Part shown: positions 47,942 to 62,181 of the stretch, piece after piece
How the letters are laid out: each line of letters starts with the position of its first letter
How positions within the stretch are numbered: the first letter of the stretch is position 1
Source: Massalongia carnosa
Taxonomy: Eukaryota
Reading direction: 5' to 3'
DNA: 64,000 nt
NCBI GenBank assembly: GCA_965645245.1
Contig: OZ287068.1
Location: forward strand, 496,001 to 560,000
Made by a program: the position numbers and the translations under genes
Notes under the pieces: generated by a model
The model's input: the letters and a program-made list of their open reading frames with translations, nothing else
What the model was told of the DNA's origin: nothing
The model's database searches: none

Positions 47942-48465
47942 CTTTGGATGATGTTCTATGTAGAGTGGAAAGGAGGTAAGGGCGCGTAATAAGTAGAAGA
48001 GACTGGATAAATTGTAGTGCAAACTGAAGATGAGATTGAAGTGGCAGAAGTGAAGACCTTATATGAAACCCAACACTTGATTCGGCAAAATCCCCTACTC
48101 CTAGGGTACGATTGCCAAGCAGCCCCATCTCACCATCAGCACTTGTATGTACACACCATAACCGGACGCCAGCCATGTTCAGCGGATGACCCGAGCATCA
48201 GGTTGATTGTCTCACTATTTCCCCAAGGTCCTCTTACCGATCAGCCCTGGTAAGGTGACTGAGAGCGTTCCATTCCTCGGGGTTTGGTTTTTGCCGAGGA
48301 AATGCCATTCCGCTTGGACTAGTCTGATTGGTGGGCTTGGTTCCGATTCCACTGAAGTCCGCATATTTAGCCAACATGGGGGCTACTTCATTCCGGAGTC
48401 TGAGCTTAAACAAAAGACCGCTGAGTTGATGAATAGGTACGACCAATTATGCGTGTTTGCATAGT

Positions 48466-48665
48466 TGTAAGGAAAATGTAAAGCCTAAGCCTGGAGCCCG
48501 CGCTTCGGAGGGATCCGGCGCTAATTCTTTCCAAGTTAGGCGGATGTTATAATTGGCTCTTTCCAGTATTGGACCCCTAACACAACCAACTATGCTCAAC
48601 CCCAATCACCTGATACTATTCCCCAAGACATCCTCAGCTCTTAGCTCTATTCCCTCGTCCTTACA
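48466..48665. mobile_element. Probable solo LTR
   Basis: Perfect 8-bp inverted ends TGTAAGGA...TCCTTACA; flanks TAGT/TATT (imperfect TSD). Confidence 0.55.
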
Positions 48666-49302
48666 TATTCCACCGCCTCTTCTAGCGGTGTAAATAACTA
48701 GGCCATGATCTTCGTTACGCTGTTAGCCACGGAGGTTGCGAGTAACTATTTTGTTGCGCCCCGAACCTGGTGGTGGACGGAAGTGACGGTGCAGGGCAGA
48801 ATATCACCATACACCAAATCTCATTTGCAGGCTAGACCAGTGTGGTTTTCTTTCTTTCGCTGGTGGTTTGGCACCACCCGCTCCAATTGTATTCGGAAAA
48901 TCTTTATTCTGGTGAGGTGGTGCCAAATCACTAGCGAGAGGGATAAGGTTTGTTGTAGCTTTACCGCATCAGTTCCGCTGCTATAAATGTCTTAATGATG
49001 TTCATTGCATTTTCTGTTCTCTCTTATCGTTACCCAAAAACTCAACTTTTGGAGGGTGCTCAATTTACGTTGTCTAAGAATTATGTAGATGTCTCTTTGT
49101 TTGTAGCTTTGGCTAATGTGTAACTACCTAAGGGAGCAGGCTAAATGATCGTAGTATTCATAGTCAGAACGAAAACCGAAATATTCACGATATCTCTCAT
49201 CTCACACCTCAGCGCTCATTCTATTCTGTTACGTCCTTAACATCACATTCACATCAGCACCCCAAGTCCTTCCCCCCATAGATTTTCAATCCCTTCATAA
49301 TC

Positions 49303-49933
49303 CTACTTACCATTATCCAGCGCCGCCAACTCAATGGCGTTGCACCCGTTCAAGTTCGGGATCGAAAACGTCATTTGCTTAAAGAGTTTGTACTGGCCCT
49401 CACTCACAAAGCACGCGAACCAAAAATTGTTGCTCGAACCCAACCACTGGAAGACGCCGGGAGGCTCAGCTGCAAAGCTCGGCTGCGGTGTGAAAACCGC
49501 GTTGCCGGAGCCTAGATGCAAGAAATTGGTGAAGATGGCGCCGGCAGGCGCGGAGGGTGCGGTGTAGCCAAGGTGCCCGTCAGCGGTGTCGAGGAAGACC
49601 TGAGCACCTGTAGACTGCAAGGTATGTGAGTAATTTCTGCCTCCTAAGGGCTTTTGGAGGAACTGTGAAAGGAGCAAGGATGGCGCTCACAAGGGTCGCT
49701 TTCCCGACCTGGTCGACCTCTAGAACGGGCTTAGATTTAGGCGCGTCCTTGGTGAGGAAAAAGGTGCCATCTTTAGCGGCGAGGTAGTAGCCGGTTAGGC
49801 CAGTGCCAGTTGGGTAAGGAGACTGGTAGGCTTGGACTGTGAAGGTGCGAGTAGGGGATGGGGTAGCGAATCCAAGCGGGAGGGTGAAGGCCGTGATAGC
49901 GAGCGCGGTGAAGAGTGTCTTTAGGGTCGACAT
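49303..49933 (-). CDS. Small secreted protein, PhiA/IgE-binding cell-wall protein-like
   Basis: Signal peptide; intron 49615-49690; GAQVFLDTADGHLGYT, FWFAC...YKLF...C.AIEL pattern. Confidence 0.7.
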
Positions 49934-50981
49934 TTCGAATTCCTGGGTAAATACGATGGTTTGTAATGAGCTCTAAGTGACCTAGTTCGAAAGCTGGAGC
50001 TGGAGAGCCTTGTTAGTGCGTGGATAGAAGTTTGGTAAATGGTCAAGGTCCTCAGATATATAGCTTTTTCAGGCTCAGTATCGCACGACAAGGCTTTGAG
50101 TGTTCTTTCAGGGAAGCCCCAAATACATTACGTTGGAGGAAATAGAGAGAGGATCCGTCACATGATTCTTGCATCGCTGATGGCAGCACCACCGTCAAGT
50201 AACTAGATGCGCTTATAATGCTAATTATCAGACTTCCATTGCTGTGTCCGAAAGCCACAGACCTTCACATATCTAGAAATCGTATCATTATACCACGTAA
50301 GGTTAGACAAATTGATCGATCCATCAATCAACTCTCGATTTGTTTTACTTGGGGAAAGCTTCGCCCCCATTGTGGATTCTCAAATACGAGATTTTATCCC
50401 CACGATCCTTCCTAGTCTCGTTGTCTTTGCATTCTAACAGAGCAGGTGCTCCATGAACCAGTTGAAAATTTTGCATTCCCTTTGGTTCAGGGCCTATTCT
50501 CGTATTCACATCTTTCGTGTAACGTCTATACGATCATCCTGCTTTGATGGGATCATCCTCGAGGTCTAAAATTTGAATCCCGAGTACTTGGAGCTGGTAG
50601 CTTGGATGTATGACAGTTACTTTTCCCAATTAAAAACGTGACACAAGGCCAGACTCTGGGCTGCTCGACGTTTGCAGTTAAAACATGCATCTATCAAAAC
50701 GAGAGAAAATGCCTCGAGGCACCAAGCCAGCAACTGAACACGTTTAGTCATCGGTGCAGGTGTCCATGAGATAGTCTACAGAGTACTGTTCAGTTGTTTT
50801 ATCCGTGCCGCGTAGCTGGCACTCAGTCCGCAGGACTGAGTGCCGAACACCCATATAACCGTTTCATCCATATAACCGTTTCACCCATATAACCGTTTCA
50901 CCCATATAACCGTTTCACCCATATAACCGAAAATTTAAATATTTTGACCAACCACCTTGATAAATTATCATCAACATCATC

Positions 50982-52626
50982 ATGTCTTCCACTTATCAGG
51001 AAATTGAGGCTCGAATTCAACTAGCTATTGATCATCTACGAAAAAATCCTACAGCTAAAAGAGCTAAAATTGCGCGTCAATTCGACGTGCCTTCGCAGCG
51101 ACTTCGTTTTCGACTTCAAGGTCATCCCCCCGCATCTGACGTACGAGGACTGCATGGACGTACGAGGACTGCATGGACGTCGATTATCATCTGATCAAGA
51201 CTTGGCCTTAGTCTTATATATTCAACGAATGATCGCATTAGGCCTTCATCCTCGTCTTCGAATGATAGAAGCAGCTGCCAATAAGTTGCTAATGCAGGGC
51301 TGGACTGATTCGACCCCACCACAACTATTGAGTCATGCATGGGCCACGCGATGGATGAGTCGTCATTCTGAATTTCAGAAGATTAAACGCAAGCCTATTG
51401 CAGCCGTACGAAAGGATGCGGAGGACCCGGTCGTTTTACGAGCTCATTTTAATCAGTACAGTCAGATAGTGCATGAGCATGGCATATGTGATGAGGACAA
51501 ATGGAATTTTGATGAGACGGGCTTTCGATTAGGCATCGCACGATCAGATTGGGTCATTACTTTAGCAGATGACAAGCAGAAAAAGGTGTTTTCCAAAGAT
51601 CCAGACAATCGTGAAAGTTTGACAGCCATCGAATGTATAAATGGCGCTGGGGGCAGCATTCCTTCATTTCTCATACTCAGTGGATTAATGATTCAAGGTT
51701 CATGGGCCGAAAATGATTTGAATGATGGAGTCATGCTTTCGACAGCCGAGACTGGTTATTCAAATGACTGGTTATCTATAGAATGGCTGAAGCATTTCGA
51801 TAAGCACTCCTCAAAGAGTCAAAAAGGGGCGTATCGACTGCTAATGATGGATGGTTATGGGTCGCATCATACTATTGAATTTATTGAGTACTGCAATGAG
51901 GCCAAAATTATCCCCTTCGGCCTGCCACCTCATACGACTCATCTGTTGCAACCATTGGACGTCGTAGTTTTTCAGCCCCTGAAACATTGGCATGCTGAGG
52001 CGGTTAAGGATGCAATGGCCCATGGGGACGAGACGTTTAATAAGGTGGAATTTTTGAATGCTTTCAACTCGTTTCGAAATAAAGCATTCAAAATTTCGAC
52101 TATAAAATCAGCATGAAAGGCCGTGGGCATCATTCCTTTCGATCCGTCCGTTGTCTTCGATAAATTGGGATCAGGGGCCTCGTACATTGAGGCCGATCCT
52201 TTTGCTGATATTTATGATCAAACACCTGATCATTCGGATAATGATCTTTCGGACCCGCAAACTCCGAAGAATTTGAGTGCTTTGCTTCAAGCTTCGTATG
52301 AAATTGAGGCTCAATATCCGAAATTTGTCAAAGGCGCTTTAGCATGTGCTCGAGAAAGCGAGCTGTTATCGGATCAATTAGCACTGACTAAAGCAGCCGA
52401 AAACGCTCGAAAGGTGAGGGCCAATCAGAGCAAGCATTACGTTCAAAAAGGGAGGAGTTATTCAGGTGGATCAATGCAGAAGAATGACTTTCGAGCGAAA
52501 GGAGGAAGAGGAGCAATTGGAGTCGGATCGTCAGAAGAAGGCTGATCGTCAACAACGAAAGCGATGGGGGCCGATATTTAGGGAGTTGAAACGGAAGATA
52601 CCATATTATATAGTGAATGGCTCGTA
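50982..52626 (+). pseudogene. pogo/Fot1 DDD transposase A
   Basis: psq/CENP-B HTH, WNFDETGF, MMDGYGSH, LQPLDV. Frameshift from a 19-bp tandem duplication (~51138-51175), TGA at 52114-52116, further frameshift near 52450. Confidence 0.9.
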
Positions 52627-54777
52627 CTTATTTTATCACCGGATGAACTTTATCACCGGATGAACACCCCTCCAGAAATGGTAATTACGACCTAAAACTA
52701 GAATATCTCGATGAACAATGAATATAAGGCTATAAAAATCATATGAAAGGGTAAATAGCATTGTACGAACACGATAAAGCTATTTTCTACTCCTTAAACT
52801 TAGAAGGAATCACTACAGTGCGCCCGCTACGAGCTACTCTCGTTTCGGGCAGTTTCGGCTCTATAGGAGGTGGGTCCTCCAGTTTTCGCTTTCTAGCTAT
52901 AGCAGCTTGCTTCTTTTGATCCTTTTCTGACTGCTCTTCAAGCCTAAGCTGCTTGTTAAGCTCCTTCTGCTTCGTACGAGCTTCTTTTTCACGCTGCTTC
53001 TGCTCCAGCTTTTCAGCCCGAGTCTTCTGCCTAGTTTCGCGCCGTTCTGAGCTTCCTGAGCTTTGCGCTCCCTCTTAGCAGCCCGATTTTGACGCTCTAC
53101 TTCCTTTTCAAGCTTCTCCTGTTCTTTCTGAGCCTCGAGCTCCTCTTGACGGGTCCGAACCGCAGCAATTTTAGCCGGAGAAAAGAACATAGCCTGCCCG
53201 GGCTCATCTTTGACAAATAGACCCATCGGTTTCCCCATTCTCCGGCCTTTTTTTTCGTCTACTAGTTCTGTACGAAGCCCAATAATCTTGTGTTCCAGTA
53301 TATCATTTTTAATTGCTAGTTTCTCGCTTGCTCGAATCATCAAATCCAGTCCTGCAGCTACGTCGGTCGTTTCGGATCGAATCGCTTTGACTGCTCTTCG
53401 TACACCTCGTACGGAGCCCGGAGTCTTTTTCTTAGATTCGCAATCGCTTTGAATTGGTGATGGAGTCTTCCTTTTGAGCTGGTTTATAACTTTTTCGGGG
53501 CATAGTGGGTAAACCGCAGTGGCAGCGAAAGCTGAGCGTATATTTTCGAAGCTTAGGGCTGTTTTCCATGCCGTACGGAACATAGACCAAAAGCTACGCT
53601 TAGTAACTCGAGAGAAGCCCTGGCTCGACTGGATCAAATGGTCAATTTGGTTCGAATAGGCGGTAGAGAGCGGTGAGAAGATTCCAACATCCAGGGGATG
53701 TAACCGATGTGTAGAATGCGGGGGCAAAATAGCTAGAATAATCCCATGATTATCGCATAACTCGATAAACTTCATGTTTACATGGCTCGAATGACCATCC
53801 ATAATCAATAGGCGCCTAGCGTTACCTGCCTTTTTGCGCGTAATCGGTTCGAAAAGCTTTGAAAGCCAGGAAAGCCCCAGTTCTTCATTGGTCCAGCCCT
53901 TTTTGGATACAGCAAAGTAAGCTTCATCTGATGAGCAGTCATAATCTTCGAGCCAGGTATCTTGTAGATCGTACGAATCCCCCTGATAGATCAAAGCTGG
54001 TGTTAGAGCGCTACCGTCGGCGCAAATCGTAGCCAAAAGGGAGATGAAATCGCGAGATCCGTCCTGACTCGAACCGAGCGTCTTTTTGCTTCGAAGGTGA
54101 TCAATCGGTACGATACGCTTCATAGTACGACATATACCCATTAGGAAGCCTTTTTCATCGAAGTTGTATATGTTCGAGGGCTTGATGTGGTATTTTTCGA
54201 TCTTCTCCTGGAGATAGGGGGTCTAGGGTCAGTTCAGCGGCATAAGCATAGATTATAGGGAAATGAGGGGAAATGGGCTAGTACGACTGCAAAGTAATGT
54301 TCAATATGCTTAGAATTATCCGCAATATGCCTAGATTGGTCGATATTGCGTAAATATACGCTTGTAAGCTCATTTTCGTAGCGCTCTAGAAATCGATAGA
54401 CCCAGCACTTCCCGACGTGCTTTCTCACGAACTCCACAACCAGATTTTCGAGTATTTGAGGAGTGGGATGAATACCCCGGTCCGAAAGCTTTCGAATATG
54501 CTCAATGAGGACCGATTCTTGAGCATTGGTCAGTAGCTTATGATGTCTAGAGTGAGCTTCGGCGCTCGAGACGGTTTCGCCTTTGAAGCGACGCGTTAAG
54601 AGGTACGCTATGCTTTTTAGCAGTAGCAGCAAAATTAGGAGCTTTCTGGGATTTTAAATCAATAATCGCTTCCTGAATAGCTGCTTCGTTGACCATTTTA
54701 GACCAATTGGAATATTGTGGGTTGATTTTGATGGGTGTGTTCATCCGGTGATAAAGTTCATCCGGTGATAAGATACG
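52627..54777 (-). mobile_element. pogo/Fot1-like element B nested in A; transposase pseudogene ~52787-54696
   Basis: TIRs C(T/G)TAT(T/C)TTATCACCGGATGAACTTTATCACCGGATGAACAC; TA flanks. YNFDEKGF, IMDGHSSH, LHPLDVG; intron ~54208-54284; frameshifts. Confidence 0.92.
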
Positions 54778-55482
54778 TAATGGTTTATCAAAACGTTGAT
54801 AACCTGATGTTTTTGGGCCTGTAGGTGAAATAGTGAAATTTTCGGTTGTATGGGTGAAACGGTTATATAGGTCTCAGTCCTGTGGACTGAGTGCCAGCTA
54901 CGCGGCACGGATAACGTCTATTACTAAGACCAGTGGAAGTGGTAGTATGGCGTCTAGAGAGACCAGATGGTCTGCACCTTCCAAGGCTGGCACCTTCCTA
55001 TTTTAGTTAGTTAGTTAGCTTAGACTAGTGCTGGTAAAACTAGGCCTTTTGGCCTGGGATACCTTCAGAACGCTTTTCGGGTCCATGGCTTTTCTGTGGA
55101 TAGGTTATCTTGGGGTCTAACTATTTCTATCACTTGCCTATTTCGGCTTTGAAATACTAGTGTATATAGCTATTGTAAAATGGAAATGGGAAAGCAACGA
55201 AGAATGACAAGACGTAAGAGCCGTTACTTTCATCCTGATGTTCATCATAAGCTTGTTGGGGCACAACAAGACCTAAATTCTATTGCTATCAAATATTATA
55301 TAATTCTCGAATTACCCTATCACCACGGATAAGCCACCTGATGGAGCCTCCGTGTTTGTGCTTTCAAAGTATAGAGAATGTACCGCGGAGGTACATAATT
55401 AAAGCGACAAATTCTCTAGTTGATGGAAATTTCTTGCGCATGTCCCGAATAATCTGTAGATACATAGTTGAAGATAGATGTA

Positions 55483-57172
55483 CCAATGTGGTGACACGGA
55501 AAGTCCTTGGATACGCTAAGAATAACACCAAGCATTTAGCGCAGCGCTATTGCCCCTTTTCCGTATTTACGTATTTTGATTATCGTCTTCACCTTTATCA
55601 CCTTCATTTCTAACGATATAATACATTAAAATCTGGCCTAAACCAGTCTATATCATCGTCATCAGGCTTCATATTTTTGCGATAGCGAATGCGACGATCT
55701 TCCGAATTGTATGGTCGAATTACACCGTTGTCTCGACCTTCTCGATACTCGTTTCCCCCATTCAAAGCAATGACTTTCTCGATATGTCGTGGAATTCGTT
55801 CTATCCAATGCTGAATTTGTTCCTGTTTGAGATCTTTGATCCAGCACTAAGTCCATGCTTTGGCAGCCGTAATACGATTTCGAGGTGCTCCTTTTCGTGT
55901 GGTTTGTCTTTTCATCCAAGGCCAACATTGCTCGATCATGTTTAAATCGGGAGAATTACCCAGCCACAGCAGACGCAAGACTCCTGCATCCATAAAGACA
56001 AGGTCTTGATGTTTGGAAGTATGACTGGGAGCCTTGTCCTCTTGCACAATAGTATCGGGACGATCTTTCATACATTCTTTGGCAAATGGAAGAAGTTTAG
56101 GAAGAAGAATGATCTTTTGATATCGATACTAATCGATGCCTCCTTTGCCTTTTCGAACCACTTTTCCATGCTTTTCATCCCATCTCCAGGTTGGTTTTCG
56201 GCCTCCTTTGTTACGCAGCCCCATTCGTTTCATGCCTGTCTCCAGTCCCCAACTTTCTTTCGCTAAAGGCTCTAATGTCTTATTGATTTTGTTAATTTCT
56301 GTTTAAGCAGCCCGTTTTTCTGATGCAGTCTCCGGCTTCCATATATGAAAAGGACCTTTCTTTTCATACGAATAACAACCCCAAAACGTGAATTCGGAAC
56401 ATCCTTTCCATCTACGTCGAATGCACGTCTGAGTATATTTTTCTTTCGAAGTACGCCATTGAAGTCTTGGCCCCCTTCGAGAGCCTAACAAAACACTAGT
56501 TTCATCGCTCCATATAACATTCTCCCAATCTTCGAGCGTCCGTGACGATAACGCAAACAAAACTGCAATCGAGTCTCTTTCATCGCTGAATCAAGGCCCG
56601 GTTTCATGGTAGATTTACAGGAACGACAATTGTTGCGTCGAAGGACACCGAGAATGACTGTAGATGAAATTCCGTGTTCATATCCCAAAACGGCCGAGGA
56701 TTTTTCTCTACCGTTTCGATCATGACGAACGTTGTTCAATATAGCCTGTTCTATTGCAGGCGTCACTTTGAAAGGACGTCCCGAACGAGACGTATCTTGC
56801 ACATATTCTACCTTCAGAACCCGTGAAACTGTGGGGTCATATCCTCGATCTCGAGCCTTGCGTTTGAGAGAGCTAATAGACTGAATGGAGACTTCGGTAA
56901 TTGCTTGAACGACTTTGGCTGATATGCCGTGTTCAATCAATGATAATGCTTGTAATATTTGTCCAATGGTTAGACTATTACTCTGGGTTCTCGATGTCAT
57001 GATTTGAGGTATATAAAATTTTATTTAACGATATATAATAAATGAAAGATGCTGTACAGTCCCAAATGTACAATGTTTATAATAACCCCCTATTTGATTT
57101 TTAGTGTCTCTTCTGCATGACGCTAAAATAGCATTAATGCGCGCTACTAAGGACTTTCCGTGTCATCCTTCG
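55483..57172 (-). mobile_element. Degenerate Tc1 element related to 4584-6264
   Basis: TIR core TGACACGGAAAGTCCTT at both ends, TA flanks. Fragmented transposase 55662-57000 (WSDETSV, QEDKAPSH, GNSPDLNMIE) clearly homologous to the 4.6-kb copy. Confidence 0.88.
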
Positions 57173-57537
57173 TAGATGCAGCATATTCTTTGTGTATTCG
57201 TATGAAGAATTCCAACCTTTGCCGTTCATCTACCTTAACTAGTAGAGTATTACGATCCCGTTGGAATGATGACGGATGCTAGCTAAAATGTCATAACATT
57301 CTTGTCTCTGGTTCCCTTCTGGGAAACGTCAGGATAATTGTGACTGATCGTGAATGTCCTGCGGACTGCGGTTGACCGGCCGGCGGAGGCCAGTTACTGC
57401 CAAGTGGGCAGATGACTGCCAGTGGCTATGAGTCGTGATTCAGCCGCAGCATGCATATCAGATCCCTTGAATATACTCTGTATTGCATATATTTGTATGA
57501 TCTGTAAAGCTACCTTCATAATATCACCACCGGCATA

Positions 57538-59285
57538 ATGAGTTTTGGCATAGGACTTGGTGATGTGTTTCAGCTCACTAATCTGATTATTACGACGATT
57601 CGAGATATTCACAGCGCCCCGCAAGAGCTCCAACAACTTGCAGCGCGGGTAGATTCGGTTGCTGCCACTCTGGAACTCTTGCGCGAGCTGCCATACGCCA
57701 GCGGATCAAAGGACGGATCAATTGACAATGAGCCGTAGGGGTTTAAGATTTTCCTAGATGCCCTAGCATTATTGCTAACATTAAGCAAGATTAGCAAAAA
57801 GCCACGATGTCGCGGAGTTCCAAAAGCGTCAAATCAAAGAGACCCTGTCCGGGATGCAGAAAATAGTACTCAAATATAAAGACACTTCGGTCCTCAATAG
57901 AGGCAAATATCTATTATCGAGCAAGGGCAATCTTTCCGATCTGGATACAAAACTTTCGCAGCAAACTCAGGACCTAACTACGCTCCTCACAATTCAGAAC
58001 GGGCTGCTCACAAGCCAGCTTCGGCCATTAATTGAACAAGTCTTATTGAAACAAGATCAAGCGAGCGAAAAGGAGGGAAAGAGACGAGCGGCCGCGCATG
58101 GCGGAAATATATCGGGCTTACCTAGAATCCCCGGGGCACCTCGGACCATGCCTGAAAAAGTTGATCAGGTGCAGACAGCGTTAAACACGGTCATGAATAG
58201 CACACCTTCAGGCATTGCTAAATCTATCCAAAACGACACCTTTGTACAGAACGATATTGAGACGCGGTTGAGACAAGCCGGCCTCAATATAGTTGACATT
58301 GACGCCCTCGTCAAGATGATTGTTCGGCAGCGTGAAAGTCTCACTCATCCAGAAGATATTGATATTACATTAGCTGCTGGAGGTAAGAAACGATCAAACG
58401 GTCCTAGCGGCTGGATCATGATGGTTGATAATCACAACACAGGTACTACCTATAATATCTGCAACCCATGAACACGTTAATCTACTGACCTATATAATTC
58501 AAGTCAGTTCAATAATCGCCCAGACTTACCTTGAGCTTGTTCGTATCTGGACTGTCAACACGACAGGCGATTGGCTGTTCAAACGCGTCGAGTCTGCTGG
58601 CGTCCAGGTTGCGACAAAGTTCTCTCAAAGTTGCTCCAAATTTCTAAAACGGCCCTTTCACCCCGGTGGAGATACTCCGGAAAATGCAGCCATAGAAGCA
58701 ATCGCGGGAAGGGATGAGTACTTCAAGTCCACCGAGAAAGACGACGTCTTAGCTCGGATCCGCACGCATCGCAGTCGAGGCATCGATGACTGGCATTTTC
58801 GTAAGTACGACTATATGCTCTGCTTCAGCAAATCCGCCTTCGACGCACTACAGGTGCTCGAGACCCAATGCTGGAAGAAAAACGCCAAAAACCCGTCGCA
58901 CGCAACGCCTGCGAAAGTCCTCCTTGTGTGCAACCTTGTACTAGACGGCACGGTCGAGAGTCTCACAAAAGCGCAGGTGAAGGTCTTGGTTGACACTATC
59001 AAGTCAGGTCTCCAAGACTTCTTGACTAAAGCATACGGTTGGAAGAGACCGCAGAGAAGCATCGTCCAGGGCCCCTTTCGCACCCAGCAAATCGTTCTGC
59101 CGTCCACAAAGATCATGGGGCTAGAGCCTGATGTTGTGGAAACCAAGTTGCACGATATCAAGAATCAGACGGAATGTAGAATTCGTATCACGCATGAGAA
59201 GTTTGGCAGCCAGTTATTCCCCATTACGGGTCGGAAAGAAGCTTTGCCTCTTGCAGTATCGTTACTGACTAAATGGTTGATTTGA
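57538..59285 (+). CDS. Multi-domain protein: fungal STAND N-terminal (HeLo-like/SesA) domain + LMW-PTP-like domain + KH-like domain
   Basis: MSFGIGLGDVFQL...APQELQQL..VDSV. Introns ~57735-57789 and 58443-58503. WIMMVDNHNTVSSIIAQ..VESAG..HRSRGI..FRKYDYMLCF; C-terminal LHDIKNQTECRIRI...ITGRKEALPLAVSLL. Confidence 0.65.
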
Positions 59286-59502
59286 AAAGAAAAGGACTGA
59301 TGAGGTTATGTAAAATTTTGTGGTATACGTGAACATTTAAGAATGACACTGTTGTGCATCTAAATCTGCTCATTGATTACTCAAGTTAATACTATGGATT
59401 TTTAAATTAAGTATCCGACTTCTCTTTCCATTTCATGGTTTTCGAAAAATTCGAGCTTAACGTAACCACTCTTTGGGAAAGAAAAGAGGGAATAAGACAG
59501 AT

Positions 59503-60860
59503 TCAATCTGTCATGTTCTCCTTTTGTATCTCAGTAAACCAAGCATCGGTATGTATGAAACCCCCCATACTGGCCACATTCACTCCATCGTTCTCAAGTT
59601 CCTGCTCAACGAACCCAAGCCAATACTGATACGAAGAGGAGGCGTCACCCTCACTGCGGCCGGGACTCCTCGACCTCCCGATTGTCAAGCACTTCAAGTT
59701 CGCACACGCTGAGAACAAAGTTCGGGCGACACTCTTACTAACTAATATCTTCCACTCGTAAGAATCATGCACCTCAAGAATGTATTCCCTCATGAATACT
59801 TTTTCCGTCAGAAGGGCGTCAAAGTCGAAGCCGATTTTTCGTATGTGTGCCAATACAAGGCTCTCTAGATGAGTGAAGCGGGATAATGTTTCTATTAAAT
59901 CCTGGAAAGAGCGAATCAGAGAACTCGAATTCACGCATCTGCTCGGCAACGTTGGTTGAGTAAAAGATGAGAGGTACATACTAATATTGATGAGCGGTAA
60001 CGGCCCGTGCAAAGATCGAGGCTCGGGATGCGTGGGACTGCTTTCAGCACGGCTACATTCTCGTGGCATTCATCATCAGCGAGACTACATTGAAAGGGCG
60101 TAGTGTGGAAGGCGCTTACCCTCGAGAAATCCAACATCCCACCGCTCCATCATTTTCAGATGGGTCAGCTGCAGCGCACCTCCTGCGGCCTGAAGATCGC
60201 GCGCCAGCAGGTTCCCTTCAGCGCGTTTCACCTTCGACCGAAAGGACTTATGCAACCATTCGCGAGTCACGGTTTTGCGAACGTTTGGGCACGAGGCGAT
60301 GACAATGCCACAGCAAAGCCCCAATATCAAGGTACGAATCACGGGCAGATTGACACCGGCTTCACAGAAGGCCAGCGCGAACACGGTTAGTGTGGTGATC
60401 AGGGATCCAGAGATCTAGTGTCTCCAGGCGCGCCATGGATTTGAGCAGTCTCGCCAGCAAGGGAGCTAAATTATCTGGTGGATACCCTGTTTTCACCACG
60501 TACCTGTTTTCGTTCGTGAATCTGAGCGACTTGGGGATCAGGTTAGGATCATCGATACACAAAACCACGAAATGATGAGAAGCAGCAGCAGCAGCAGAAG
60601 CACAACAAATCTAGCATGTGCGCTTAGTATGGGGCAAGCCTCCATGTCGTTTAAACGGTGCATAACTTGTGCCCATTCGCCCTGGATGATAGTTCTCCGA
60701 AACATGGCCGGAAGGCATAGATCTCGGCATAACTTCGTCGTCCAGGACTGTCCAACTGCCTGATTCGAGAAGCTGTAGGAGAATCCTCAACTATAAGACC
60801 CCAGATTTGCCGCGAAATGTCATAGGGCAAGTCTTGCAGCATCAGAGATGTAGACTTCAT
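59503..60860 (-). pseudogene. F-box/LRR-like gene, apparently frameshifted
   Basis: LQDLPYDISRQI F-box-like start; LRR-like LKSMARLETLDL, LPVIRTLIL, LSRFTHLESLVL, CANLKCLTI spread over several frames. Confidence 0.5.
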
Positions 60861-62181
60861 GCTGTGGAGCACGATAGAAACACGTAAGGAGTAGGAGTAG
60901 AGATGAGCGTAGATAGAACGTAGGATATAGTCACATAACTAGCCAAAAGGAACCATATTATAAATTATAGCGAAATTGGTTTCTTTTGTATTTCCTACCT
61001 CACGATGTCGCAATCGTTGCAGAATTCTAGACTTGAAAGATTTTAGCGGTTCGCTGCAAGGTTATGCCAAAGAAGGGTGACTCACATCTGCCTTTGGTAT
61101 AGAGCACCTATGATTCATATGATTCATACCCACCTCCTCAAGCCGAATCGATAGTCCGAGTGAAAGATATTAATTCTAGTATAGCATTCAGGATATAATC
61201 CATTACTTATCTGTAAATCTCAAATGTACAGAGGTACATTGGTTATGCTTGGAAAGAAACCCTTTTTTACGCCTTTTCAACGAGTCAACTAGTCCAGTAA
61301 CTTGACACCACTAAACTAAAGTTCAGCGAGTTGGACTCGACCTGTGTTAGTTACTCGTCAACTTGCGATTCTGATTCATCTCTGGGCTGGGCTGGGAAAG
61401 GGGAAGAAAAGGGGATGTCCGGAACAAGGGCCCCGACGAAAATAGTCATGGAATTCACTAAGTTACATAGTCCGACTAGTTAGCGAAAACCGAGAGAAAA
61501 GTCTCATAGATATCAAAAGATATGTTACGCCGGTCATTATCAAAAGGAAAAAATGGTATAGATGTGTGGCGATTGGGATAAGGTGACTTAACTCTTATCC
61601 GGAGTCTATCACGTCTACCTAGCTATCTCGAACAACTTCCATTTATGACTCTTCCATTTGTCATAACCGGTCCCTATTATGGTGAGATCCTGAATAGTCA
61701 AGGGGGCTGAATTAAGTATGGTTGTTCAACTGTGGAATGAATTTGAGAATTGCTGTTGAATAGTTTATCAATCGTGGGTGAGCGGTTACTTCTTCGTCCA
61801 GCCGTTTTCCATAAGGAACAGCCTTTCTGCTCAGTAGTCCTACTCTGCACCTCCCTTCGTATCCCAAAGGGCTGAGCAAGATCTATGCATTCTCACTTCT
61901 TGGGCACGCATCCATTCATCGTCTAGTTCTGAAACAAGTTTCCCACGCCACAACAAACTGCTCTCCGATCGCGCTCATGACGGCTAGTACGGGTACTGTG
62001 AACATGAAGCTAATCTAGACGTTCGATCATAACATTGGCTCGCAGCATGCATCGCAGACTCGGCTTGCGTAGGACTTGGCTAGAGAAGTTTGGTAATGCT
62101 TACTTCGATTTCATACCAGTGTAGCACAATGAGGAAGCTTCAGGACAACAAGCTTCTCAACCTGGGCTAAATAATCTCACC

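Larger units (their letters stand above)
50802..54911 (+). mobile_element. pogo/Fot1-like element A (host of element B)
   Basis: TIRs TCCGTGCCGCGTAGCTGGCACTCAGTCCGCAGGACTGAG; TA flanks (50800-01, 54912-13); 17-bp subterminal repeats CACCCATATAACCGTTT (five at left, about two at right). Confidence 0.93.
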
